A DNA stretch of 64,000 nucleotides from a virus (Duplodnaviria > Caudoviricetes): the IMG/VR virus record IMGVR_UViG_3300035208_002098, positions 32,001 through 96,000 of that record, one strand, 5' to 3'. Every line of letters begins with the position of its first letter. Within the stretch, counting starts at the first letter, position 1. The notes below the pieces were generated by a model. It did no database searches. It was not told the origin of the DNA and saw nothing but the letters and a program-made list of their open reading frames with translations. Positions 1 through 12,246 of the stretch are shown piece by piece. A program made the translations under genes and the position numbers.

Positions 1-48
1 ACAATTATTATGGTTTTAAGAGCTGTTCAAACACATTTAACTGACAAG

Positions 49-84
49 GTGTAAAAATACCTTAATTTGAAACCTATTTACAAC
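49..84 (-). repeat. Solitary CRISPR-repeat-like unit, copy 1 (GTTGTAAATAGGTTTCAAATTAAGGTATTTTTACAC)
   Basis: Near-identical to copies at 20253, 20509 and 21493. Resembles Bacteroidota type II-C repeats (GTTGTG...TTTCAAATTAG...). Confidence 0.6.
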
Positions 85-118
85 TCACTAGACAGCACTC
101 TTTAATTTTAAATTTTAA

Positions 119-299
119 AAACAATCATAGTAATAGGATTTTAACCTATAAAACAGTTTTCATTAGTTTTTATACTGGGACATTTACGCCAGAGACTTAA
201 CTGAAAAGTCCGCTACTATTAGTTTCACCCTAGATTCATTTCAAATCTAAATTACACAATGGGATAGTGTCTTTACATTCCACCACACTATAATTGTTT
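119..299 (-). ncRNA. tRNA-shaped RNA with about 118-nt insert and extended acceptor stem
   Basis: Minus strand: TATAGTG-TG-GTG GAATGTAAAGA CAC ... ATAGG TTAAAAT CCTAT-TACTATG, stem extended by AAACAAT/ATTGTTT. Confidence 0.55.
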
Positions 300-560
300 A
301 TATTTTAAAATGATTGATAATCTGACTTCTTATGGCTACAAGATTGTATCAGCTTATGCTGTGTGATAGTATCAATCATTTATATTTTAAAATAGATTTT
401 GAAAGATATAGGCTTAGTCTCTTCATCCTTATTCTGGCGAGATACTGTGAGAGTTGAGTATTTCTACTACATTACTAACCATCGTACTTATCTAACTCAA
501 TAGACCTTTTCTTAATCTTCTCACGAAGATATTATCTATTTTATATTTTTTATTTTATTC

Positions 561-572
561 TGTCAATGAACT
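561..572 (-). promoter_or_regulatory. boxA-like antitermination motif AGTTCATTGACA
   Basis: Identical 12-mer at 20901-20912. Both lie 5' of ncRNA runs. Resembles rrn boxA (TGCTCTTTAACA in E. coli). Confidence 0.55.
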
Positions 573-592
573 TTGTACTTTTAACTACACTG

Positions 593-622
593 CAAAGATA
601 AAATTATTTTTAACATATGCAA
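593..622 (-). promoter_or_regulatory. Bacteroidota-type sigma-A promoter (TTG-N19-TATCTTTG). Representative of about 30 copies, e.g. near 2599, 4394, 9035, 10412, 13484, 15158, 18496, 21553, 22582, 23803, 27282, 30292, 33920, 43508, 47294, 53299, 59078, 61780, 63113
   Basis: Recurrent intergenic plus-strand CAAAGATA/CAAATATA with CAA about 19 nt further on, matching the -7 TAnnTTTG and -33 TTG consensus. Confidence 0.85.
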
Positions 623-639
623 GTATTTTAGATAAAAAA

Positions 640-939
640 TTATGGGTGTTTAAAATAAATTTTTTTAACTATTCTCCCATTTTCTTCCTTTTCTTTTTCG
701 TGTGATATATCTTGTAAATATTTATCGATAGCTAATTTAGCTTTCTCTAAAGAATAAAAATTATTCCTACCAAATATATCATCATTTAAATTTTCCCAAA
801 ATAAAAAATCTACTATAAAGAAGGTCCACCCAAATATAGGAATAGCGTATATAAACCAACTTACATCCGAACCTTTTTTTTGCGTTATATAAGTTTCTTT
901 ACCATCTTTGGTAATTTTTAAGACTATCCTTGTTTTCAT
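640..939 (-). CDS. Hypothetical membrane protein, paralog of 2645-2947
   Basis: Shared motifs MKTRI, PxFGW, AKxxIDKYL and C-terminal HP. Confidence 0.6.
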   Translation of the reverse strand: MKTRIVLKITKDGKETYITQKKGSDVSWFIYAIPIFGWTFFIVDFLFWENLNDDIFGRNNFYSLEKAKLAIDKYLQDISHEKEKEENGRIVKKIYFKHP

Positions 940-1115
940 TTATTAAAATGGTTTAAGCTTTTTGTTTTACTTTAATATCAAATACTTTAATATTTTGTTT
1001 AATAGTTGAATTACCACTATTAATAACTTTCTCAATATGTTCTTTGATTTGTGATTCATTAAAGTTAACCCAATCACTAACCACTTCAATTTCTATTTTA
1101 TATACTGATGCCATA

Positions 1116-4100
1116 TTATACTTTTTTCCAACCGCTTAATAATTTAGTTAATTCTTCGTTACTATAATTACTACGAAAATTAGCCATAATAAATTGTTTG
1201 TTATTATCCAATTTCATCAATAACAAATTATCTTCTATGAAAATATTAGTTATTTGGTTAACACCAGTTAAAAACTGTATTGGGTCATCATGGGAGTTTT
1301 CAACAAAGAAATGTCCTTGCCATTCAATCATGTCACCAATATGTACATTCACATATTTGGTTACACCATTTTCTTGTTCGAATTCATCATAGATTTTATC
1401 TATTTTAGACATAACAGCTTTAGGTTTGCCGTAAGCATCTTTGTCATCACGAAACATTTGTTTAGCTTGTTCTCTATTCATAATTATTTTAATAAGACAT
1501 TAATATATTCAGTTGCTTTTTCATACCCCCAAGCGTGAATTAATTTCTCATACTTAGTAACATCTTCATTGGGGAATAACGCTTCTGCAGATTCTTTTAT
1601 AATTGAATCACACCAATCGATACAAATAACACGTTTCCTCCAACCTATTTTGATTCTACCTTTTGTAGTAGTAACAACAAACCATGGTAAATGTTTTGAA
1701 TAATAACTATCATCATAACCATTTGGTATTTGTTCTACAAAGATAACTCTATCACCAAAACAATTAATAATACCAGTTTTTTCATTAATGGCATCTATTT
1801 TACTTTGAGGGTTAATACTAATAGTTTCAGCTTGGATAGATTCTATTAATCTACGTATATGATAATTAATATTAGCTTTATCAATTTCAGTAAATTCTCT
1901 ACCAACATCTAATAAAAGTTCTAAATCTATTGATTGATTAACACCAATTGTCTTAATTGTAATTACTGATTCTTTCATATTTTACGTTTTTTATAAACTT
2001 TAATAAAATGAACACACGATATTATACCTGATATTATGAAACAAGACCCACAAAAAAACTGCATAAACATTTTATTTGTTATATATAAGTCTACTAACCA
2101 AAGAATTGCACCTAATAACCATATAAGGGCTATATTTAAATTTACATTTCTCATATTATTTTTCGCTATAAATTAATAACCATAACGGATAACCAGATGA
2201 TGCATTCACAAATGGTACAACAGCTAGAAGTTTACATTTTTTCTTAGTATATTCTTTTAGGAAAATATCAATTTGGTCCATATCCATATTACCAAACGCT
2301 CCGGTACCCCAATCTTTACCTGTTGCTTTTTTAATAGCACCTTTATAATCACCATCCCAACCAACAAGTCTATCGGTATAAAGACTATTTATGTTAGCTT
2401 TTGGAAATTGTTTCTTTATTTGTTCGAAAACTTCCATGGTTTCTTCAGTAGTTATTTTAGTACCAATAGCATAGTTACTAGAATACATTCCTCTAAAGTC
2501 AAATGGGTATTTTATTAACCCATATTTAAGTGGGTGCACCGTAAAATATCCGTAGTCATAATTTATAAACATAATTTTTATATTTTAATATTATAATACA
2601 AAGATAAAACAAATAATTGTAACTACCAAATAAATAACTATAAATTATGGATGATTAATATAATATGTTTCACTTATTTTTTTACGAGCTTCTTCTTCTT
2701 TATCTTGGTTATAGCTAACTAAGTATTTATCAATCGTTTCTTTAGCTGTTTCAAGTGTATTGAATTTATTAGTGGCTCTTGAATAATATATGGTACTCCA
2801 AACATACTTATCGTATATGTAATGAATCCAACCAAATACTGGTACAAAATATTTAAATATATCGTCAGTATCTACATTATCTCGTGATTCGATAGTATAT
2901 GTTTTTACTGAATAAGGGTTAACATCAATTTTAATTCTTGTTTTCATATATTATTGTACTTTAAGCCATTCTTTAAGACATTTCTCAAATTCTTCTTCTA
3001 ATTCATCATCAGAGAATTCATTATTTTTATAAAAGTGAAAAGATTTACGACATATCGCTTCAATTTCTTTCATTGAAATAGATTTTTTAACTTTTGGTTT
3101 TTTAGGTACTTCCACACGTTTAAGTACTATTATCTCATCTGGCGAATCAGCATCACACAAACCGCCATCTTTACGATATTGGCTAATAGTAAATGATAGT
3201 GCCATTGTTTCGGTTAAGTCATATATGTATGTTGTGATTAGATAATCACTACCCATTTTTTATTTATTATCACCGTTCCAAACCATATCGAATAACCCAT
3301 TTAAATCTTTTTCATCCAATATGTCTTCGATTTCATCTTCCATATCAACATCAGTACCATGTTGAATTAACGCATCGAGTAAATCATTTTTTATATCATC
3401 CCAACATGTAATGGTATAAAGTTCTTCATAAGTATATTTTGCCATAATATTATTTTTTACGTTTTTTCTTTTTTGGTGTTATATTGGTTGGTTTATGTCT
3501 TACTTTACGTTTATAACCATCTTCATTATAATATAATGGGTCACGTACAATTATTTCGTTTGAATTACCATCTGTTTTAATAGTCCAACCTCTTGGTAAT
3601 TCTTTACCTTCGTATCTATCTCCTTCTGTCATACTGATTCACCCCACATTTTATTAAGTTTTTTCCAAAACACACCAATCTCATATAAAAATAAATCGGT
3701 TGTTTCTTGAACAGTTAAACCACCACTATCATTTGGCGTGTCTTCAATATTCAAATAAAAACCCATAGAATATCTGATATCATCCTCATATTTCCAATCG
3801 CCATTGTCTAAATCAATTTGTATTGATTCATCCCAATCTTCTGGTAATGTATGGTGATACCCAACAATTTCAATTGTAAATGATTCTGGTCCTCTATTAC
3901 AAAAAAACTCAATTAATTTGTTATCAGGGAAAACTTCATCAATTAACACACTATCAATTTGTCTATAACCATTTAGTTTTTTATAAGTTTTTATAAATGG
4001 TTTAATTAAATCTTCTATTTCTTTAGATGGAAATGGTAAATATTCATTTACGGTTTTTTTCTTACTCATAAGGATTATTTCAAAAATTCACCTTTAAACC

Positions 4101-5857
4101 ATTTTCGTTCAACACTATTTGGGTCTTGTAAATATTCTTTTAATGAATCTGTTAGTTTATCTATTGATTCAACTGCAAATTTTTGACACCCAACTCTAAC
4201 TACATACCCAAAATCTAATGATTCGATTTCAATAAATCTAGCTTTATTTGTTCTTGATTCTGCTTCAACCATAACTTCACCACCATTAGAACACTTTGGT
4301 TCATCAGGCAATGGACGTTCTGCCATAGGTCTTTCATCTAATACTTCATTCATACTTTTACTTGTTAAATTAATTTATATTATTTTTAAAGTACAAAGAT
4401 ATATAAACTATTTTATTATTTCAAGTTATGTTTTAGTTTTATTTCTTCAGTATTAATTAAAGTCTCTTTTCTTTTCCAATTATTATTTTCATCACCAACT
4501 CTATAAGAGAGATAAGTTATGTATGTTTTCTTAACCACTTTGTATGGATTAATTAAATTATCCTTAAACCATTGGAAAACATCTTCACGTTCTTTAGGTA
4601 TATAATAGGTTTTCCAACCTTCTTGGTGAGACACTAATATTTTTTCATCAAATTCTAAATATTCTTCAAAGCATTCACTAGCCGAAAACATATATGTCAT
4701 ATGCCACCACATTGAATCTTTCCCAGATAACTTTTCAGCCAATTTCCAAATAAAGTCATTAGCATCACGAGCTCTATCTCTATGTTGTAACAAAGTTTTT
4801 TTATCATCTAATCCGTATTTTTTTAACCGATATTCATCAGCGTAATAACGAACCCTAATAATATTATAATCAGTACATTTCATAATTTATTCAGTAAAAT
4901 ATTTAACATATCTATCAAATATTGCAACACATTCAGCTTTACAAGCTTCGATATCCTCTAATTTAAAGTATCTTTGTGTAATAATTTCGTATTCAACTTC
5001 ATTACCGCATTCACCAGTATATAATCTATCACCGGTTATTCCACGTCTATCAATTCTTAGCCAATCTAATGGAACATCTTTATTTCTATAAGAATAATTA
5101 CCATGTTCACCTTCAGATAATCCAACAGATAAAAATACTTGTCCTTTAAAGTCAACAGATATTCCTCGCCAATAATTATCGGCCTCTGGTTTTTCATATA
5201 GGTATTGTTCAATAAATTCCAATTTACCTAATTGTGTTTTTTTAAATTCCATATTATTCAATATTTGTGGTTTCATTTTTATCTTCAGGGCACCCATCTT
5301 CTTTCCATTCTTTAATATCATCCAATACCCATTTCACTAAATCTTTATGTTCTTCTAGAATTTTATGATTTTTAGCTAATATTTCAATAGCTTCGGGTGT
5401 ATCACCACCATTTTTATCAACTGGTAAAGACATTTGACCACCATGTTTTATAATTAGATAAGATTCTATTGTTACCTTAACTCTTACTTCTAATGGTATC
5501 CTTTTTAATATATCGGAAATCCTATTATTGTGTTCCATTTAATTTAATTATTAATGATTTTTTCTTAGACAGTTTTAATCGTGATAAACCTTCTAGAACT
5601 CTACGTACATATGGTATATTACATTCAAATATTTCATCAATTGATAAAAACGATAGTTTCTTAAATAACTCAATCTTATTATATATGAACTCACCAGTTT
5701 CATCATATGAAGTTACAACTAAATTAAGGTCATCAACTGTTAAATTATAGCCATTAAGTTTTAATTGTTTATTATTCATAGCAATCTTTATATCACTAGA
5801 ATATAAGCCATTAAGTCTTAATAATTTATCAATTGTTAATATATCAGTCGTTTCCAT
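1116..5857 (-). other. Block of tightly packed small hypothetical phage ORFs (1116-1481, 1484-1978, 2156-2572, 2951-3256, 3260-3445, 3450-3632, 3629-4069, 4075-4353, 4416-4883, 4887-~5250, 5254-5538, 5525-5857)
   Basis: Co-oriented abutting ORFs with AT-rich leaders. No recognisable motifs. Confidence 0.6.
2645..2947 (-). CDS. Hypothetical membrane protein, paralog of 640-939
   Basis: See 640-939. Confidence 0.6.
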   Translation of the reverse strand: MKTRIKIDVNPYSVKTYTIESRDNVDTDDIFKYFVPVFGWIHYIYDKYVWSTIYYSRATNKFNTLETAKETIDKYLVSYNQDKEEEARKKISETYYINHP

Positions 5858-5881
5858 TTATTTTAATTACTTTCTTTAATA

Positions 5882-6545
5882 CCATTAAGAATGAATTCAT
5901 CGTTCAATTAAACTTATTTATCTCTATGTAAGTCTCATCTTCTTGTTTCACTCTTACTTTACTTTTTAGGGGAGTAAACTCCTTGTCATCCATAATTGGT
6001 AAGTCCACAAGCGTATATTCGGACAAACGTTGCCCTATTTTATTTTCATTATATAATCTGTTACCTTCATACTCTATATTAATACTTGCATTAACATCCC
6101 TATCAATTTCTAACCCACAATTATCACACTTATATATCCTATCTGATAACTTTAAGTTATATTTGATGTTTCCACAACAACTACATTTCTTTGATGATGG
6201 ATACCATCTACTAACTAAAACCATTTCTCTACCATACCATTTAGACTTATATTCAATTTGTTTTCTCATTTCATATAAACCTAATTCAGCGATAGCTTTA
6301 CTTAATTTATGATTTATCATCATTCCACTAACATTTAAATCTTCTAATATAATTATTTGGTTCTCTTTAACTATTTTAGTTGTTATGTTATGAAGGTAAT
6401 CTAACCTCTGATTCTTTATTTTTTCATGTTTTCTGGCTAATTTTAATTTACTTTTATATCTATTATTACTACGACTATTGATAGTCCAATAAAAATGTTT
6501 CTTTTTTTCATATTTATAATTTATTAAATTTCTTCTAATATCCAA
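5882..6545 (-). mobile_element. tnpB: 5'-truncated TnpB element (C-terminal half only) with probable omega-RNA/right end
   Basis: IILEDLNV (RuvC-II), YPSSKKCSCCG...CDNCG zinc finger and DRDVNASINI (RuvC-III) are present, but there is no GIDLG RuvC-I or N-terminal HTH. 3' region CGCTTGTGGA...GAAACAAGAA, ending ...TTAATGG. Confidence 0.8.
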
Positions 6546-9500
6546 TCAGTTAATAATGTGTCAGCCATTACTTCATTATAAGCCCACGAACACTTTGTCC
6601 AGACAAACGTATCTTTAAATTGTTTATGAATCGTACCATCTTGAGCAACCCGTAATGTAAATTTCTGATATCCTTCTTTATCAGGATATCGTTTAGCATA
6701 TTTAAATGCTGATGAAAGACCATGGGTTGCTGTCTCATAAATTTTACCTCTTTTAGATACGTTAGAACCTCTATGTCTATGTGGTTGGTAGTATAACCCT
6801 GTGGGTACATGTTTTACTTTATATGGTTTCATTTTACTTCTAATTTATCTAATATTTCTATTTGAGCGTTGACTTTATTAAATAATTTACCGAATTCTAT
6901 CGGATAAGATAGTCTGTAGCCATCATCATCAAAAGCTTGTGATGCCATAAAATCATATAAATCAATTAAATCTTCTTTAGATTTAACTTCTGATAATCTT
7001 CGTTCAACAGAAGAAATAAATAAATTACTATATTCATCTTTAGTTGATGAACCTTTGGCCATTAGTAACCATATTCCACTTGAAAACATAAAGGATAAAA
7101 ATGTAATCATGGTTGTATCACCAAGTATGTTAAAAAATAGTAATATTAATGTAATTAATAACCCACTAACGAAAATAATTAAACCAATTGTTGACATTAC
7201 ATTTGAAAATTTATTTTCTGTCCAGTCATATTTTTTATTTTCCATAATTATTTCATTCTTTTTGAAGTTTCACCATTCCAATTATCTAATCTAGCGTAAT
7301 ATGGGAACATTTTATAAAACATTGCCCACACTCGTTTTGACCTATTTTTCTTTGGGTATCTAACTTTATGACAATTTTCACCACCACTACCAACATACGT
7401 ACCTTTATTATCCCTAGTTTCTTTTTCAGGACTTTGAGAATACACTAGACCACGTTTATATTTATTAGATTCTAAATTAATAAACATGTCACGAATACTA
7501 TCATATGTTAACCCAAGTTTAATACCTATATTATAAATTTCGAATACTTTATTAATAATAATAAGCTCTTCTTCAGCACCTTTATGATTAACTAAACCCG
7601 TTAATTCTATTTTACGTAGCTTAATATAATTAATATCTGTATGCCTTAAATAGCCACTATATCTAGGTTTATATAAATACTTATTCAGTAATTTCTTATA
7701 CTCTCTTAATTCTTTAGATTCTACCATAATATTCTAATATTGTTTATATTCACTTAAATCAAAACATTTTAAATTACCATCTTTATCCCACCCAACTTCG
7801 TGTCTACATCTACCAGCAAATAGTATCTGTTTCATACTCATTTTTCTTTCATCCCATTTAATTGGATTACAGAATTCTTGTTCGATAACATTACCATTAA
7901 GTTCTAAAGATGTTTTAGCTAATTTAGTACGATTTTCTTCTGATGATTTTCTCCACACCTCAAATTCCTCAAGGTTGTAATCTTTGTGGTCTTTTTCAAT
8001 TAAGAATTTAATGACTTTAGTTTTATCAGCATTAACAAACACATGGCGAGTTAACCCTGAATCCCAATATGCAAAAGCTTCACCATTATATAAAACAATA
8101 TCACTTGTTACATCTCGTTTTTTTTGTTCTAGTATTTGTTCTATTTTCATCTTTAAATTTTTTAATAACCTCTAATAATTTTTTATCTTCTTTTTCTCCA
8201 TAGAAATAAGATTCACTATAGTTTAATCTAGTAAGTATTTCTTCTAGTTTATCACCAAAATAATCGGCTTTAGTTTTTTCATACTTGTATGCTGCCTTAT
8301 CAGCTTTAATAGTAGCGTTTAAGATATCAATTTCACTTTGATGTTTAGTTTTATTTCGTTTGAAGTACCATCTAGCATTATTATGACTAGTATTTAACAT
8401 AGCTAGTTTAATATTTTCTATAAAGGTTATTAACGTAAAATCTTTAAAATAATTTTGTTTATCTCGTTCAAAAAAATATGTAGCATGGTCTTTAGATATA
8501 TCCATGTCATTTAAAAACTTAGTTATTAAACCAGTTACTTCTGAATCATCAGTACCTTGTTCATATACAAATACATCAACTACTTTAATAAATAATTCTG
8601 GGTCTGTATTTTCAAAATAGTCTTGGACTAGTTTTTGAATTTGTTGTATATCACTCATAATACTTAATTTATTATATAATGTTCTATATCTAACGTTTCA
8701 TAATATTCAGCTTTTAGTGCTGAGATTTTTCTATCTAGTTCATCAGTATATTCTATGGTATGTTCTTTAAACCATTTAGAAGAAATTAAAGCATTGAAAT
8801 CGAAGTTATATAATAAACAATCAATTGCATCTTCGGCTTCACTAGTTTTAATAAAATTACCAATACCACCAACCCAAATACATTCTTTACCAGCCACAAT
8901 GCATTTGCCAGTGTCTAATAATTTTCTTGCAATACCTTCCCATCCGGCATATTCATCATTTTTGAAAAAATGTAATAACAAGTATTCTTTTTGATAATGA
9001 GTTAATTTCATATTATTATATTTTAATTATAATACAAAGATATAACAAAGTTTTTACAATTCCAAATATTTTATGGTAAATCTTCTATTCTAGATTCAAT
9101 TAATTTAAATTTCCTAACACCACATACTATAACGTCACAATTAAAATCAGTTGATATATTAATACAAGAATTTGAATTATGGCCAATTAGATATATATTC
9201 ATTGAGCTACCAGTATATTGGTAAGTATCCGTTATAGTCTCTACATCACCATTAGTATATGTCACATTTAGTGTATAATGATATAAATGTTTTTGTTTTT
9301 TTGTCGAACAAGATAGTAAAATAATTAGTATGGTTATTAAATATATTATTTTTTTCATTTATTGTAGGAATATATAATTTAACTTTGATTTATATAAATC
9401 ACCATCTATTTTAAAGAAAAAATCTGATGTGTATATACCAATATAATTCCCAAAATCTTTAATTTGACTAACATTATTAGGCAAATAGATTGTGTTTTCA

Positions 9501-10958
9501 TTTTTATATGTTTGTACAAATAAACATTCCATACCAAGTAATGATTGACCTTTAACATTTTCAATTTGTGAAAGAACTCTTTCTGGTAATTCTTTAAGTG
9601 ATGATTCAATTTTTTCGAATTCATCTTTACTAATAGCTGTTATTGTCATATTATTTATTTTTTTTAAGATAATCGTTAACTATGTTTTTAGGTGTTGGGT
9701 CCAAATGGTCACCAGCTAAAGCCACTAATAAATGACCATATTTATCAGTGCATTCTTTATAGATATAATCAAGGAATAACAACAAATCATCTTCTCTTTT
9801 ATGTTTAATAAAGCGGTCTCTAGCAATAACAAATAATAATGCTTCAATTCTACCCGGTGTTATAATATGACATTTATCCAATAATGATAAAGGTAAAATA
9901 CTCATATCTTTAGTTTTTACAAACTCTCTTATTTGGTCATCAGTTAAAAACTCTAAGTCTTCCCGTTTTAATTTTGCCATAATTATAAAATTTCAACTGA
10001 TTGTAAACATGAGAAACCTATGGTAAATGGTCTACCATCATTATCTCTATCGTCAGATATAAAATTAAAACTAGTATCATTATAACCTAATTTACGTTGA
10101 AGATGGCCTCTATAATAATATAATATATTATTATTAGGGCCAACTTGTACTGAGACTCTAAGGTTGCTTTCTTCATTGCAAGTTCTTAATAACTCAAGAG
10201 CATCTTTACGAAATTGTTTTTCTTCATCAAGTAAACAATTAATTTCATTGTTTAATACTTCTTTTTCTGACGAATATTCACTTCTTATTCTATATGATAT
10301 TTCGTTTTCAATTTTTTTTAAAGATTCAAAGTTTTCACTTCTTTTAATGCGATTATCTTTATTTAAGATTACTTTTTTTTCCATAATACTATTTTTTAGG
10401 TTAATACTATGCAAATATATAACATTAATTTGAATTAACCAAATATTTTAACTATTAATTTGCTGTATGGGTATTTTGTTCTCGTTCTTCAGGTGAAGCA
10501 TTTTCCCATTCTTCTGTAGTAAATAATTTACCTGTTTTACCAATAACCATTTCATGCATTGCTAATACACTCTCAACATCATTTGGAGTTAAATTCATAG
10601 CCAATTGATTTGGATTAGGGTCGTGTACTATATTTAAATCTTTATCAACAATAACAGCATGAGAAACACCATCAAATGTTTGGCTAGGTACTGATGCATA
10701 AAAATATCCGTCAACACCACCATCAAAGTGTGTTACTTTAATTAAGAAATCTGTAGATTTACGTTCTTTATAAATGGAACACATACGATATCCTTTATCA
10801 TGGAGGAATCCATACATAGTTGTATGCCAATTTCCATCTTCTACAAACTCAATAAAATTTGGTACGTCATTTAATTCTAAATCAAGTAAACTAGCAATAG
10901 CTGCTTGCATACAATTACCTTTTTCACTATCAATAATTGTTTGATATACTTTTTTCAT
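6524..10958 (-). other. Block of small hypothetical ORFs (6524-6832, 6829-7245 membrane, 7248-7727, 8101-8658, 8664-9011, 9071-9358 lipoprotein-like, 9359-9649, 9651-9980, 9983-~10384, 10455-10958)
   Basis: Abutting co-oriented ORFs. 9071 has signal peptide with LLSC lipobox. Confidence 0.6.
7734..8150 (-). CDS. Hypothetical protein, possibly minimal kinase-like fold
   Basis: DSGLTRHVF...KVIKF...NLEEFEVW...VGW...KCFD loosely resembles protein-kinase-like motifs. Confidence 0.3.
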   Translation of the reverse strand: MKIEQILEQKKRDVTSDIVLYNGEAFAYWDSGLTRHVFVNADKTKVIKFLIEKDHKDYNLEEFEVWRKSSEENRTKLAKTSLELNGNVIEQEFCNPIKWDERKMSMKQILFAGRCRHEVGWDKDGNLKCFDLSEYKQY

Positions 10959-10959
10959 A

Positions 10960-11415
10960 TTATAATTTAAGATTTGTTGCGGTGTTATATAATATTAAAG
11001 CTAATTGGCCTGACATATGAAACTTTGTTTTACAAATATCAATACTATCATATATATTACCACCTTTAGTTCTTTCGGCTGCAGAAACCCAATCAAAAAA
11101 TGCTTCAACTAAATCACCTAAGTCAAACCCATTAATACCATTATCATGAAATTCTGGGTGATGTGAATTAGTTTTATAATGATGCTCTAATATTTCTTCT
11201 AAATCTCCCATATTAGATTTATATTCTTCACTCCCATATACTAAATCCTTTAATTTTGGTGTCATATGGTCAAGAACTGATTTCTCAGGTTCCTCTAGTT
11301 TTGAATTATCATGGTTCTCAGCACGTAATTGTAATTGTACTATAAAAGCATTCATAAGTTCTTTGACTCGTTCTTTGTGCTTTAATGTATCTTCTGTTGA
11401 ATCGTATATCCCCAT
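10960..11415 (-). CDS. DUF5662-like HD-type metal-binding protein
   Basis: HDNSK, HHY..NSHHPE, DLVE.FFDW motifs. Confidence 0.6.
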   Translation of the reverse strand: MGIYDSTEDTLKHKERVKELMNAFIVQLQLRAENHDNSKLEEPEKSVLDHMTPKLKDLVYGSEEYKSNMGDLEEILEHHYKTNSHHPEFHDNGINGFDLGDLVEAFFDWVSAAERTKGGNIYDSIDICKTKFHMSGQLALILYNTATNLKL

Positions 11416-11416
11416 A

Positions 11417-11944
11417 TTACATTAAGGTATTAAATTTAATCTCAAAATCATTATAATCATCACAAAAAATTATGAAATCATAATAAACCCCAAGTTCATT
11501 GAAAATGTCTAATAATACTTTTTTCCATAAACTACCAAGCACAAACATTTTAATATCTGTTGATTTACTTAGAGTAACTATATTAATTACTAACATAATT
11601 TCTGCTAATGTTCCAACACTACCCTTTTGTACAACAAATAATTCAGTGTCTTCAGTTAATGTTTCTAGTCTAGAACAAATAGTTTTATTTCTAAATCTAT
11701 ATTTTAAATAATCATTACCAATACTAGTTTTATGTACATCATCACATAAACAACCAATGGTTTCACCACCGGCTTCTTGTGCTCCTTTTGATACAGCTTC
11801 CATTAACCCAAAGTATCCACCAGAACTTACAGTATATCCCTTCTCAGCTAAAAATTTACCTATTAGAATCGTTTCCGCATATTCTTGTGTGGTTCTGTCA
11901 TTTTGTCCACCACCAAAAAATGTAACATCTTTTATTTCATTCAT
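11417..11944 (-). CDS. LOG/lysine-decarboxylase-like nucleotide-binding protein
   Basis: VTFFGGG, SGGYFGLMEAVSKGA, GSVGTLAE. Likely start MNEIK. Confidence 0.8.
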   Translation of the reverse strand: MNEIKDVTFFGGGQNDRTTQEYAETILIGKFLAEKGYTVSSGGYFGLMEAVSKGAQEAGGETIGCLCDDVHKTSIGNDYLKYRFRNKTICSRLETLTEDTELFVVQKGSVGTLAEIMLVINIVTLSKSTDIKMFVLGSLWKKVLLDIFNELGVYYDFIIFCDDYNDFEIKFNTLM

Positions 11945-11948
11945 AATT

Positions 11949-12164
11949 TTATTGTTTATAATTTTTAGGTATATAATTGTAATATGTAAGAACACCTATT
12001 AACCAATAAATGTTTAAATCTGTACTATAGATTGTACTGCCTTCTTCATTTTTAACTTCGTAATGGTTATTTAAAATCATTACAGAGCACAATTCATTAA
12101 TGTAGCAATTATCACCACATTCTTTTAAGCCATTTTTTATTAAAAAGTTTTTTACTATATCCAT
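11949..12164 (-). CDS. Hypothetical protein
   Basis: ORF abutting the downstream gene. Confidence 0.5.
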   Translation of the reverse strand: MDIVKNFLIKNGLKECGDNCYINELCSVMILNNHYEVKNEEGSTIYSTDLNIYWLIGVLTYYNYIPKNYKQ

Positions 12165-12246
12165 TTTAAAAAGTATTTTCTATTTTTTTATAATTCCATA
12201 AACATAATCTACACATATCCACTTGATAATTAAATTTTTATGTTCT

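Larger units (their letters stand above)
17..542 (-). ncRNA. Array of four stem-closed non-coding RNA units (17-104, 119-299, 309-380, 389-542) separated by AT linkers
   Basis: No ORFs. Each unit has complementary ends (e.g. aatgattgata 309-319 / tatcaatcatt 370-380; aaaatagat / atctatttt). Linkers read about TTAAAATATA on the minus strand. A promoter lies at 593-622. Confidence 0.6.
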
